From assembly GCA_002633005.1 (NCBI GenBank), contig NMRA01000103.1:341612-405611 (forward strand): 64,000 nt of DNA, read 5' to 3'. Within the stretch, counting starts at the first letter, position 1. Each line of letters begins with the position of its first letter. This DNA comes from Phoronis australis. Taxonomy: Eukaryota > Animalia > Phoronida. Positions 38,652 to 52,330 of this stretch are shown piece after piece. A program made the translations under genes and the position numbers. The notes beneath the pieces were generated by a model. That model was given only the letters and a program-made list of their open reading frames with translations, was not told where the DNA came from and made no database searches.

Positions 38652-40705
38652 CTAGGAATAATTCAGTGTTCATGAAGAAAGCCTAACGTAAAATTTGTCG
38701 TTTTCAACTCCAGGTCCAAGTTCATTGACGTATCCACATAGTCTTTTTAAAGTAAAGGGGCGTTGAACCTTTACCTTCTACTAAGAAACGGTCGGGCACA
38801 TCTAATCCCGTAATCTAGATTAGCGTTGCCGGATTTTTTAGTTTGAGAAGAACTTACGGTTCATTACTGTTTCCAACCTTAAGCGACTATAGCTTCAGTG
38901 TTTGAAGACGTTGTCTAGTCACATTATTCAAAATAATGTATAGCATTTTGTAAATTCAATGATATTTAATACAAAGTATTATTGGTGCTGTTGTTGTTAA
39001 TTGTTGTTGTTAACAGATGCTGAAGCGCTCCCATCAGCGAATATTTAATAAAAATATAAAACTTAAACTTAAGTGTATTACTTGCAGTTGTTTTCACAAC
39101 AGTGTTTTTTGCATTGTTCAATCAATGGTCGTTACTAATTCGACTTGATGTTATACCTACCACGCTGTTTTTTTAATTTTGCAGAATTTTGAATTTTTAA
39201 CCCGGGCAATAAAAATATGCACAAACAATGCTATGCACCTGATGTACACCAAGACGTACAGACATTGAATTCACAGGAGAGGGGTCACCAGACTTGGGGA
39301 CCATTGGAGAACACCGAGCCCCCGAAGGTACGTGCCGGCTATGGAGATTTGAGCATCAATGCTTTTTCAATTTAGTGTCGGCACTGCAATAAATTTCTTT
39401 TTCAGCGAATACATTTTCCTTTTTAAAAAGGCACATCAACATTGCAATGAATCCAAAGATGTTAAAATCTTTTTGGACGCTATTGTAGTTTAAGTGCCCG
39501 ACTAGACACAGTTTATACCTGTATTTCACCCAATTTACCAGGCACAGTCAGGAAATACGAATTAGTTCTTATACTCTTATAATATCGTCCTCGGTATACT
39601 CCTTACAACTGATAGGAATCTCTTTCCTGTATCAACTCACAGGCAAGGTGGGCATATGTGCCATTTTCGAATTCACATGGACCACCAACCCCGCTTTTCC
39701 TCTAGTCGCTGAAAGTTTCCACGTTCTTGTCCAGTAACGGGAATATAATCACGCAGAAATTATTACGAGGCCAAAAATTATGAGAGTAAAAGGGCCAACA
39801 ATTTTTGATTCCCGTTATTTAGCCAGCTCAACCGAGTGAAATACAGCTCTGAGATCATGCGTTCCGGCTGTGATGCTTGGGGTACTCATGACTTTGGCGG
39901 ATGTACACAGCACTTGGAAATTAGGATACTCATCCCTTTAACAGCATGAAATTGACAAAACCAGTAATTTTTTCGACTTGCATTAAAAAGCACTCACTTG
40001 ACTTGCATTAAAGTGTCATCCTTTCGCAGTCACATGTTACCCTCTTTGCAGGGATTTTAAGCGCGACAAAAGGGTTTGTTAATCATATTCAAATATGATC
40101 AACATAAAACAAGTCTTTAAAGTGCAGTGTCCTAGTTAAAACCACATCTAAAAAAAACACATTTTTCCTGATGTTATCACATGTCCACATGTCATACCAT
40201 TCGTTGAATTCGAGTTGATCGTCGACAGTCAGTCCAGACACTGTTATTCGAATAACAATTCGTTTTTATTAATGTTTCGTGAAGTTTTATTCAAGTCTTT
40301 TTACACGCGCTCTGCTGACCCACAAACATATTACGCAAGACGACCGATTACACAGGTCTATGTACAGCATTACAAAAAACCCTCGTGACGTAATTACAAC
40401 CGCTAGTCTCCAGACTTTTGCCAACGCTTACGAGAGTTCATGAACCAGAAAGTGTGTGTCCCTTATGAGTGGTGAATTTGCATTTTCACGAAAGACGTCG
40501 CTCTACTCGGTTGGCAATTTGAGCAAGAAGTGTACGAAGAGCATTCCTTGATTTGTGTGGAAAAAGAAACCTTTGTGTTCGACGTTGTCAACTCTTTGCT
40601 CTCAATCCCCTTTTGTATGAGCCTATTTTGCTGTTCAGTCGTCCAATTATTCAACGAACTCGTTGGTCAGTAGCCTACATGTCACTTAACGTTCACCCAA
40701 TAAAA

Positions 40706-42114
40706 GAGCAATTGCATATAAAAACCAGATGGTGGGCTATATATGCAAAATCAGCAATTATTTGTTGAAACTTAGCACATCAGCTGGCCTCGTCAAAAGA
40801 AACCTGAGCCTGAATTTTTAAGAGTTTCCAAGATTTTTTAACCCTTTTTACGACCTCTTTGTACTTTTTATGAAAAATAGCAACTAATAGTACTTGGAAG
40901 TAGGTGACTTTTTGTCAGCAGCAACACATCATCGCTTCACGCTATAGAAATAATAACTACATAGCAGAGAGAAGAAAAAATAACGTACAAGAAAAACTAG
41001 TTCGGATGGATTTATTGATTTTTATGTCCTCCCATTTTAGCCTACAAAAATATCATTTTCACTGCTTATTATTAAGGCCATTTTTACGCATTTTTATCAC
41101 TCTCCCAAACCTATATCGGATTCTTTTGGAACATGAGTTAACTTCCATCTGTTGCTATTGTCTTTGTTCAGCCCAACGCAAGAATAAAAAATCTTGTCTC
41201 TTTCATAGTTTTTGTGCAGTCAGTTTTTTACATAACTCACACACTTTTCTGCCAATCTGTGACTGTCAGTTTGATTAACAGACTCTAGGTGGCGCTACTC
41301 GATTGTGGAATTATCTATCGACCAAGATGCCAAATGGATCAAATATCATTCGCTTTGCTACATTAGTGACGAAGGGAAGCTGTATGAGAGATTTTTTCTT
41401 CGCGGATTTTCAGTTTTGCTGGTGCAAAAATAAATATTTGTTATAGAATTACAGAAATCAAAAAAGGTCAATTTTAATGTACTTATGAGTTAATAATACA
41501 ACCCCATCACCATCTCATACTTCAGAGAAGCGGTTTTACAGTATTCTTCTTAAGGGTGCCCATTACTCATTGCTTGGCCAGTTTTCAAACACCGTAATTG
41601 ACTAAGAATCCCACGCACTGCCTGCAGTGCATGTTGGTCCATTTTCAGACCTCCTGGACAAATCCCTGTATATGCGCTTGAAAAAGTCCTCTCAAACTAT
41701 TAGCAAAGTCCATACTAAAACTAATCATGATCTTCGAGATCACACGTGAAAAGAGGACGGCGAATACGAGCAGAAGTGTCGTATTATTGGACATACAAGT
41801 ACAAAGTGTCACGCAATGCTTCTTGTACAGTGTACTACACAAAAGCTGCCGATCATTGTGGTAGTGCGCCAGTGGAATCTGCAATTTCAGAAAAATAACA
41901 GGTACGGATATTTACGATTGAAAACATAATACTTTCAGTGATATCCAAGATACCGGCTTTCCAAACCAGTATTTAAGCAATTGGGTGTTGTTGCGACTTA
42001 CCACCTAAAAGTTTCACAATATGTAAATTCCGTTCATGCGGCTGACTCAAAACCACAATTTCTTGAAAGTATGCTAGGTTTAGTGTATGGTGCATTTCTA
42101 CACAACACTTCAAA
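40706..42114. mobile_element. 1.4-kb transposon terminus, copy 1 (Sola3-like, starts GAG)
   Basis: High-identity direct repeat of 55202-56597; directly adjoins the transposase remnant. Confidence 0.8.
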
Positions 42115-42357
42115 AAACTGCATTTAGTTTGAAGAAAACAAGAGCTACTGAAACACAAAGTCTTTTATTTTGCTCAGTACACATTTCTAAGATAGACGTT
42201 TCTCAAAACTAGATAATCACTCCTTTAAAAATTTCAGTAGTTCCAGTAGAGTCAATCATGTAAAAAGTATGCTTTACGAGTCTCAAACTGAACATAAAAC
42301 AAAAAACGCTAGTAAAAAGTGACAGAAGATTTCAACGTTGACCATCAGTGGCTTGGA

Positions 42358-44313
42358 TTATTTTCCCCAAACTAGCGCATGTTTCAGGTCGACTGCATTT
42401 TGAACGTTGTTGCCTTCATTGAGGAAGTACTTGGCGTTGGACTTCAAGGGTGCGATTTTCCTGTCACAGATGTCTTTTCCCTTCTGACTTTCACTGAAGT
42501 CGTAGCGCAGAATGAAGATGCCGGTGTTACCAGATATGTAGAATAAATGAGTCAGAAGGGCGGCTGAATGGTAACAATTGGCATTGTTGGAGCGTAGGAA
42601 ACCTTCCGCTATTTGTGGATGCCTAGCTCTCACCTGCCTCAGCACATCTAGCGTTAAACAGCAAACAGTGAAAAAGTCTTGCTTGCAGGCATCTAGAGTA
42701 TGGATGTAAGTATGTACCTGAAATACAATAATTATGTAACTCAAATAGGTCAGCTAGTTTAAAGAACTACCTTATTATATCTTATTACCACCTAAACCGC
42801 AATCACACCACTCAACTTCAAACATGGTTCGTTTCAACACGGTTATTATATCAGTAGCTCCTTCAAAACATTTCTAGGGAGGGGGAGATTTCCCCTTCAC
42901 AAGGATATAAAAATCATCCATAAGTACAAAATGGCTTCAGTTAAAATGAAGGTTTGTGTACAAAATCTACTAAGAGAAAAAGAATGCATCACTGTCAAAC
43001 TTTTGTTGGGAAATGGCAAGAAAAAGACTAGATATTAAGTGCACACTCCCTGTATCTTTTACTGTTACAGTAAATCAATATACTAAAAAGAGGTAAAGGC
43101 AACAGCATTGTTCATCGCTGGCTTTCTGTTTAATATTGAGCACATCTGAGAATTACTTTGTAACACATTGAATACTAATTGAAGATTTATTTTTACCTGA
43201 TGGCTTTCACCTTTCTTTGTGATACAAGCCGCCACGTGCCATGAGATCTTTTTTCCAAACCAGTCGGACTGTGCTTCACGGAAACTGATGGATATGAACT
43301 TCATTGCAAAATCCATTACAACCAAAACTTGGTGTGGGGTGAGAGATGACATCAGATCCTGTTTTGCTTGTTCCTGGTTTATCCCTCTGACAATATGCTG
43401 TGTATTCTTGATAACAGAACGTCAATTTCTGTCTAAAACCAAGTCCTGTTGGTTTTTATATGGTGTTTGTATGAACACGACAACAGAGAATTGCTTGGCG
43501 TGAAAATACTGCTTTACGGAAATGTGGATACGCGTCTTTAAACGGCTTGGTTGTGACATTGTTGTTGACAGTGCCTCCTCAAATACACGGACATTCCTTT
43601 GTGTATCGGTGACGCACTATTGAAATGCGATCACAGATGATAACTGTTTACATAAACTTTAGTGGTACTTGACGGTTTTCAAAGACCGATAGAGTGTTTA
43701 ACTTTTTCACAATTGTTTCAAAACATTCCCGACTTATATCACAGTTATCCTTTGCTCTGTTCACGTTTCCTAATCAAAAATTCCCAATCTCAGAATAAGA
43801 TATCGAAGGCTGCTCTTGTTTCTAAATAGCAGTCAAGTAAAAACTGCTGTTGGTCCAATAAATGACTTTTCCGTTTTGGTTAGGAACTTGCGCTGTATTT
43901 TTCTTCATTTAGGCTTTGGTTCTATCTAACAATTCCAAAATTGTGTTCCAAAGGTTGACTACGTTTTCGAGTTTGTCTGCAGATACTTATTTACTGAGGG
44001 GTTTCGTGTCGAGTTGGCAAGCTATTTTGTCGCGTTGGTGAGCGCTCCAAATATTTTATATTTCATTATTGACACTCTTTGTTTTTTTAGCCGTAGGATC
44101 GGTTTTGCCAATCCAAACTTCAGTCTCTGTATTTATTTTGCAAATTGCCACTCCCTTAGTGCTTGTATTCCACTCGTACACTTTAACTGCAAAAAGGAAA
44201 TTGTACAACAACGTTCATTCCTTTTGAAAGAAGCAAACATCCCAAGGAATATTATCGACTTGCAAAATTTTATCTTTTGACGGCATTCACTAAAACGACG
44301 AGGCAACAGAGTC

Positions 44314-44402
<89 letters not shown>

Positions 44403-46200
44403 CAATTACTAAGTATTTTCAGTTAGATATGAACTGAGGCCACATTTTGCAAAAAAAGAAAAATGACTTGTGATTTCCCAAGAATTTAAAAACATTTGTG
44501 GAAATTGTCTTTAACATGAACAAGATAAACAGAGGAGACCATGCAGTTGTAATTGGCTTCGATGCCACAATCAGTATTAATAATGGTGTCATAGCGGGCA
44601 TGATTGTGATTTTATACATTTATACGCAGGATACATCATGGAGAGCCATAGAAATAGATCTCTCTTGGCAGTGCTGTCATTTGCATACATACTTTCAACC
44701 ATATACTGCTATCCATTACGTACTCAAGAAAATACAAATTATCCCCAAATGTACAATAGTTCTCGTCCCAAACCATTGTTTCCCGTGCTGCACATGCCAA
44801 TGGGCTCAATACCAATGATAAAATAACAAACATAATCACAAAATAAACAGCATTATTATTAAAATTCATATAAACAAATACAATTTTACTTTTGGCTACA
44901 ACAACTTATTCATAGTGACACTGTGGGTAACACAGGACTTGCTCAGGTGATGATATTCTATTATAAACATGGCGTCACTCATTAACCAATTTCTTAACAA
45001 GTAAAATGAAGTAGAAAACGTCAAATAGGCAGAAAATGAGAAAATAAATGGAAATCATTGATAAACTTTTAAGAGCGACATGATCATGTACGCTTACAAG
45101 GAATAACCTCCTGTGTGAGTTATTAGAGACACTTAGCAGCATACCTCCGTATGTGGACACTTGAAAAAATTCTTTTCTTGAAAAATAAATTTTCAGAAAA
45201 AGGTGAATGGGCGTAAATAGGGTCATGCATGATAAATCTTATGACGTACATAAAGTTGTCATGAATTTCAAAGAATGGAATAAATAAAAATAGAAATGAG
45301 CATAAAAAGAGAAAATGTGAAATGACATGAAAAGCTACCAGGGTTAAAAACTGCATAACTAATGACAGCTACGTTAAAATTTTCGTCGAACAATTCCGAC
45401 ATAAGTTCTCTGATAATGGGAGCTAATAATTAATGGTACGGCACATTACGATACGAAATGAAGCAAAGAACCTTTATAGTGACAAAAGCACATAGCAGAA
45501 CTATTAAAAATACAATACGCATTGAATTGGATAAGTTTACCAAACGAACCAACACAAGCTTAATACGAAAATATTAGTAAACTTGACCATGAGAAAGTAA
45601 GGTATTTTTTAGTGTCTTGGCCCAAGAAAGCACAAGTTATTTTCAAAATTATTATAGTTTCTTGGTACAACTTCAAAAGCACATCAAGATATTTCGTGTC
45701 AAAAAGGTGAGAGTTATTGTGGGTCTTTGCTAGTTTGTCGGCTCAGAGGTTCGTTTTGGCCGTATCACGGGAAGTCACCTTGAAGCACAGGGTAAGGATG
45801 ACCATTCGCAGTCCCAAGTATTGTTCATTGGCTAAACCAATGATATCTGAAAGAGATAAAAAAGCATATGTTAAATTTTAGCAACGCGCCCGCGTGAGAC
45901 ATTATGAGCATCAAGCAAGGAATTGTCCTATTCAGAGACTCAGTTTGAAAAACATACGAAAAAGAAAGAATTACCCAGTGCCATGTGATTGACTTGTATC
46001 TTCTGTTTATTATTCAAAACAGACTCTGGGATGTTGAAAGCAAACTTTCTATCGGAATGTAGGGGTCACTGGGACTTGAACCCAGACTTCATGTCAAAGA
46101 CATGCCTGCTGCCTTGCATCATGACCCCGGGTGATTGTTCAATAGTTAGTTTGCATTTCAACAGCTGTTTTGGTAGAGAGCCAATGTGCTCAAACATGAG
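42358..46200 (-). pseudogene. Decayed intron-containing DDD transposase, Sola3-like
   Basis: Motifs VVMDFAMKF..FREAQSDWFGKKISWHVA (43197-43350) and FLRSNNANCYHS...RYDFSESQKGKDICDRKIAPLK (42430-42610). The second catalytic D appears as N. Upstream remnants carry stops and frameshifts; the 5' limit is approximate. The family name rests on recalled motifs and the TTAA|GAG terminus. Confidence 0.7.
44317..44401. repeat. (TA)n microsatellite
   Basis: About 42 uninterrupted TA units. Confidence 0.98.
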
Positions 46201-47049
46201 TATCAAAACTTGGATTTAAAGTTGCTGCGTCCTTGTTGTTTACTGTGTGGTGTTGGAAAAACTTAATATGTTTTTCCTTAATTATTGTTAGAGAAAGGAA
46301 TTATACCCTGGTTGGGTAGTATTTTTTATTTTCAAAAGAAACAAGAGTTCAGCAACCTTAAGTAACTTAACAATCACCCACCTCTGTTTATTACAACCAC
46401 GTACAGCGAAAAGGACACGATAAAAAACTCACATAGTAGGTCGGTAGAAATGTAAAGACAATTTTGTCTGCGAACGTATTAACGTAATCTTTCCAAAGAC
46501 AAGAGTTACATTTTTGAAGGCTTTCGGGAGAATAAATGCCGTCAAACCTGACGCAATGTAACGTGTTTTTTCAGTGTAGTGAAATGGAAGCTGAACATGC
46601 CAAAACCAGAATTGTCATTCGTTTTTATTACAATAGAAATCGGTAAATAAAACAACAAGAATGGATCAACTGAAATTTGAAATTTTCGGATGTAATAACT
46701 TCGTTTATCAACAAAAACAGAAAATACAGGCTGAGAATACGTTCCATGGTAAGTCAAATATCTTAATCTATCATAAAAGCATAAAACTTCAATAAACGCT
46801 GTAGTACGTGATTATGGTAACAAAAGCAACGTGTTTCTGAGGTGACAAAACACGTGCGCAAGACAAAAGTTATACTCTCCCCGAAATCTTGTCTGTTCGT
46901 GGGTATTATGGTGGCCTCAAACCTGCATCGAGAATTACAAAGTCGACAAAACACAAATCACGCCGTTCGGTGCAAGTAATAAAAATTCCATAACAAATTA
47001 CATTCTCTGCATTTTTTTATATTTTAACATTCACGTTGCGGGAAAATGT

Positions 47050-50020
47050 TTACCTTACATCTTGGCCTATTTCATGTCGGGGTGGCCTCAATCTGTTGTC
47101 ATCTTCTACTTCAAGAAAGACCTCTCAATTAGTATACAATAATACACGTCACACGGTATACATTATAATAATTAATAGACAAGGCATAAAATAAACGTGA
47201 CAAAAAGTCAAAATATAATATAAAAGATAAAACTGACGATTTAAGCAATTGAATACTTGACCTGGTTGATGTGGTAGCGGCCGCCGACTGTCGTCTTCTT
47301 AATCTTAAGGAGGAACAGATCAGATAATGTTCATGAAAAATAGAAGCAAGTCAACAAAATACAACACCCACAACATACATGATACAAGGTCAAGTAATAT
47401 ACATCACATAATACCATTGATAAAATGCAATTAATGTATACGATAAACAATACATGGTAAGAAATCAAATAATATGCACCACACACAAATATAATAAATT
47501 GACAATTAATACACATGACACAAAATAAACATGAAAGCAGGTCAATTAATATATACAACAAACACAATGAACATGATAAAAAGTCAATTAATATACACGA
47601 CAAATTACGTACATGATAACACAAAAAGTTTAAGTAATTGAATATTGACCTGTGTGATGTCCTGGCGGCCGCCGTCTGCCGTCCGTCTTTAGGGGGAATA
47701 GGTCAATTAATGTACAAATTACACTGTAGCAATTCAACAACCATATAACACCCACAACACGCATGATACATATTCAAGTAATATACACCAAATAATACCC
47801 TTGTTAAATTGCAATTAATGAACACGTCACACAATAATCTTAAGAAATCAATAATATACACGACACAAAAACATATTAACTTGACACGACACACAATGAA
47901 CATGAAAGCAGGTCAAATAATATACACAAAACACACAACGAACACTATAAAATGTCAATTTATAAACACGACTTGTAATATACATGATAACACTGAGAAT
48001 TTAAGTAGATGAATCAATGTACATGATACACAGTAGCAATTCAACAAACATACACCAACCACAACAAACATGATCACAAGTCAATTACATCAATGTATAC
48101 ACACGATAACAACTCAATCAATGTACACTACACACAATACATGATAACAAAACAAAATCATATACAAGACACACAATAAACATGACAACAGGTCCATTAG
48201 TATAAGCGGCAAACAATAAACATGATAAAAGGTCCATTTATGTACACGACAACAACAAATATGATAACAGCTCATTTAGTATACATAACACAAAAGAAAA
48301 TGATAAAAAGCCAATTAATCTACACGAAAAATAATATACATAATATCACTGACAATTTAAGAAATTGAATACTTGACATGTGTGATGTTCTGGCGGCCGC
48401 CGTCTGTCGTCTTCTTAATCTTTATGAGGAATAGGTCAATTAATGTACAGAATACACAGTAGCAATTCGACAAATATACAACACCCACAACATACATGAT
48501 ACAAAGTCAAATATACACCACATAATACCCTTGATAAAATTGCAATTAATGTTCACGGCTAACAATACATGGCAAGAAATCAAACAATATGCACGACAAA
48601 CAAACATAATAACTTGAAAACTAATACACACGACAGAATAAACATGGAAGCAGGTCAATTAATACACACAAAACACACAATGACAATGATATAAAGCCAA
48701 CTAATATACACAACATGTAATATACATTATAATACTGAGAATTTAGATAATTGAATACTTGACCTGTGTGATGTCATGGCGGCCGCCGTCTGTCGTCTTC
48801 TCAATCTTTAGGAGGAATAGGTCAATTAATGTACAGATTACACAGTAGCAAATCAAGAAATATACAACACCCACAACATACATGATACAAAGTCAAGTAA
48901 TATACACCACATAATAACATTGATAAAATTGCAATTAATGTACACGTCACACAATACCTGGTAAGTAATCAAATAATATGCAAGACACACGAACGTAATA
49001 ACTTGACAATTAATACACACGACACATAATAAACATGGAAGCAGGTCAATTAATATACATAAAACACACAATGAACATGTTAAAAACTCAATAAACATAC
49101 ACTACAAATATTATTCACATATAACACTGACAATTTAAATAATTGAATACTTGACCTGTGTGATGTCCTGGCGGCCGCCGTCTGTCGTCTTCTTAATCTT
49201 TAGGAGGAATAGGTCAAATAATGTACAGTTTACACAGTAGCAAATCAAGAAATATACAACACCAACAACATACATAATACAAAATCAAGAAATATACATC
49301 ACATAATACAACTGATAAAATTGCAATTATTTTACACGTCACACAATACATGGTAAGAAATCAAATGATATGCACGACACAAACATAATAACTTGACAAT
49401 TAATACACACGACACACAATAAAAATGGAAGCAGGTCAATTAATATACATAAAACACACAATGAACAATAATATACATGACAAGTACTATACATGATGAT
49501 ACTGACAATTTAAATTATTGAATACTTGACCTGTTTGATGTCCTGGCGGCCGCCGTCTGTCGTCTTCTTAATCTTTAGGAGGAAGAGATCAATTAATGAA
49601 CATGTTACACAATAGCAATTCAACAAGTATACACCATCCACAACATACATCAATTAATTAATAAACATCACTTAATAAACTTCACAACAATGCAATTAAT
49701 GTACACAAAAGACGATACAAGGCAACAAATCACAAAATATGTACGACACATGACAAATAATATACATGATAACATTGACACAATAATTATGGTAACAACT
49801 CAATATACACGACATGGTAACTGGTCAATTAGAAAACAAAAAAACAATAATCATGATAAGTCAAGTAATGCAGAAAACAAATACTATACATGATAGCAAG
49901 TCAATTACATGAATTACACACGACACATAATATACTTCAGAACACAGACAATCTTAGCAATTGCATACTTGACCGAATTCTTGTTCCTGCAACCGCCCTC
50001 TGTGGTGTTCTTAACCATCT
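47050..50020. repeat. Tandem array of ~370-390-bp units with a conserved ~80-bp GC-rich core (NotI site) and A/C-rich diverged spacers
   Basis: Core ttgaatacttgacctgtgtgatgtcctggcggccgccgtctgtcgtcttcttaatctttaggaggaataggtcaattaatgtaca at ~47249, 47638, 48365, 48751, 49143 and 49518; degenerate flanking copies at ~47060 and ~49961. Confidence 0.9.
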
Positions 50021-51654
50021 GGATCGGTCGTCACAATGCCATCCCTCGGGTAAAGTTCGTGAGGAAGATAGGAACCACCCTCAAAAGATTTGATTACTGA
50101 CTGGGGTTATGGTGCTTTCGTTAGTGCGTTAGTGTTATAGTTAAGATTAGATTGTGCAGAGTTATATTCAAACAGTCAGCAATCAAATCTTCGATAGTGG
50201 CAAGCGCACTTCCAGCGCATCATGGCGTCATAATCGTGACTGCCGTGCTCCCATGTCTGTGGCTGAGTGATGCACACCTTTGCGCGCCCTCCGTTAAACT
50301 AAAATAAACAAAAAGAACATTTATATACAGTCATGTGACTATTGGTCAACTGCATGCCCTTACTTTGTACAATGAATCTAAGCTGCGCATCTCATGAGAC
50401 AGCAGCTTTCCTTGATGATGACAGACGGGTGCAAAAGTATGTCTAACCGCAAAGAGCGTTCAGTCGATTGTATGCCTCGAATGTAACCGACTAACGTCAC
50501 GATTTAGTTCACGGGACGAAGACCACCGACAGCGAATAACAATACCACGTCCCTGCTGGCGGTGACGACTGTGACATTCAAAGGAGGTACCCTTCAAAGA
50601 AAGCATGACGACAACCCGTGGAGGATTTTTATTAGTTCTTGATTAGTCATTGATTTCATTCGTGCAACAATTCACTGACGAGTGGACTAGAGTGGTTTGG
50701 TGTTGTGGCACTCAATCCATTCAAAGTTGTTTCACTAACAATTGACGAACAACTCCATGTGATACCTGAAAGCAACACGTGACCAGTGCCTGGAACACGG
50801 AATAGGTGCGTTGGCGTTGACGGAAAGGTTGTGATGAATTTGATGTCAACCAGGGAACGTTCCACGTCAGAGTAAATATTTACAAACGGACATAAGAAGC
50901 GGGGGTGGGGCATGTGCTTCCCTAAAGTTTTCAGGCGTCATAATTAGTTCGTGTTAACTTGTATAGGCGTGGACTACCAGGGATAGCGGAGAAAAGCAAG
51001 ACAGGGAAACAAATGGAAGAGAAAATTCATGAAACGTTTGTCAACTACCGTAGCTTGATTTACCCTTTAAGAGCACTAGCAAGGACATCATTGTTAGAGT
51101 GTCCAATTGTTTGCAGCACAGATAGCATAAAAGCACTTTAAATTTGCAGTTAGTCATTCGTGCAAGTATTTCAAAAATTCGATAAAGTGTTTAAGGCGCA
51201 GCTTTTACACATTACGTTAATTCATTGTTTTTTCAGTTAAATTCGATGCAAAACTATATTTTTCAAGTCCCCCGTTACGTCAGTGTATTTCTTCCTTATT
51301 TGTCGAAACAAAATTTAAAGTCATTAGTTAAAGGTTGATAACCAAACAGATAGCTCCAATAGCTGTTAATTTTCTGTTTATTGAAGTAATAAACCTTTTC
51401 GTATTGAGAGATCCGTCGTGGGCATCCACGCAGTCACCCATTTTGTGTTTCTTTTGAAAAAACGTACTGCTCACGGAGATAAATCACACTGATGGAATTG
51501 ATTACTTCTGTACTCCGTTTTTTTTTTAAATCACACAGCTTCTTGTTACAGAATGTCACTTCTTGGAAGGTCGCTCAATGATAGAATTAACCTTCAATTT
51601 TGCATATGTCAATCAGATTGTAGGAGGTCCAATTTTGATGACCGTGCACAGCCA

Positions 51655-52330
51655 TGGGTGAGAAACATAATGGCCGCCGGTCCTCCAAAACGGACCGAAT
51701 CACCACAAATCAGGACCTACGGGGATCAAATGGGACGGCCGCAGCAGAAAATGGGATCGACTCACCTGAAAACATTACCGCTCCACCAAAAAACAGAACG
51801 GCCGGAGACTGAACATGATACCCGTGGATTACTTTTTGACCGCAATGACAGGCAGGCTAAGTTTTATGACCCGTCATTTGACAGTGTAGGCCTACGTGCA
51901 GGTCTTATGCACCTTATGAATCGAGCGCGAAAGATGTTTTTTGTTACAAAAGGCAAAGAATTATGCAAGAAAATGACGTTCATTAAATTGTTTTTCACTC
52001 AAACGGCTGCAACGGGCAAGGTGAGTGTCGGTTGATTCCCAGATTTGGCATGCACCTCCGCCAGGGGTCTGACGGGGCTTAACGCACGGGCTACCAGGCT
52101 GTATTTTGGCGATAGTCTTTATACAGCTAGCTGGCGGGCTACATCAAACCCCGCAGTATCATTGATACCTACATTTTGTCCGGCGGTCTTCTTTATAGGT
52201 GCGTCGGTTCCATTTTCTGGTGCGACAGCCTCATCTGATCCCCGTAGGTCCTATTTTGTGGTGAGTCAGTCTGATTTGGAGGACTTGCGGTGATGTTTTG
52301 GGTCCAGCGGTCATGTTGTTTCTTACCCGT
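51655..52330. repeat. Imperfect inverted repeat (~130-150-bp arms), probably a fold-back or MITE-type element
   Basis: tcaccacaaatcaggacctacggggatcaaatg...cagaaaatgg (51700-51760) is inverted at ~52195-52290. Confidence 0.65.

Noticed and set aside
44133-44405. YIYIYI-rich ORF (and the similar YMYM/TCTC ORFs at 61895-62227)
   Set aside because: Microsatellite translations.
47331-49098. Cys/Ile/Leu-rich minus-strand ORFs in the array
   Set aside because: By-products of the T/G-rich strand of the repeat spacers; frames are not preserved between units.
47249-49600. CRISPR array interpretation of the regularly spaced conserved cores
   Set aside because: The repeats are ~80 bp and the spacers ~300 bp and homologous to each other; no cas genes; eukaryotic context.
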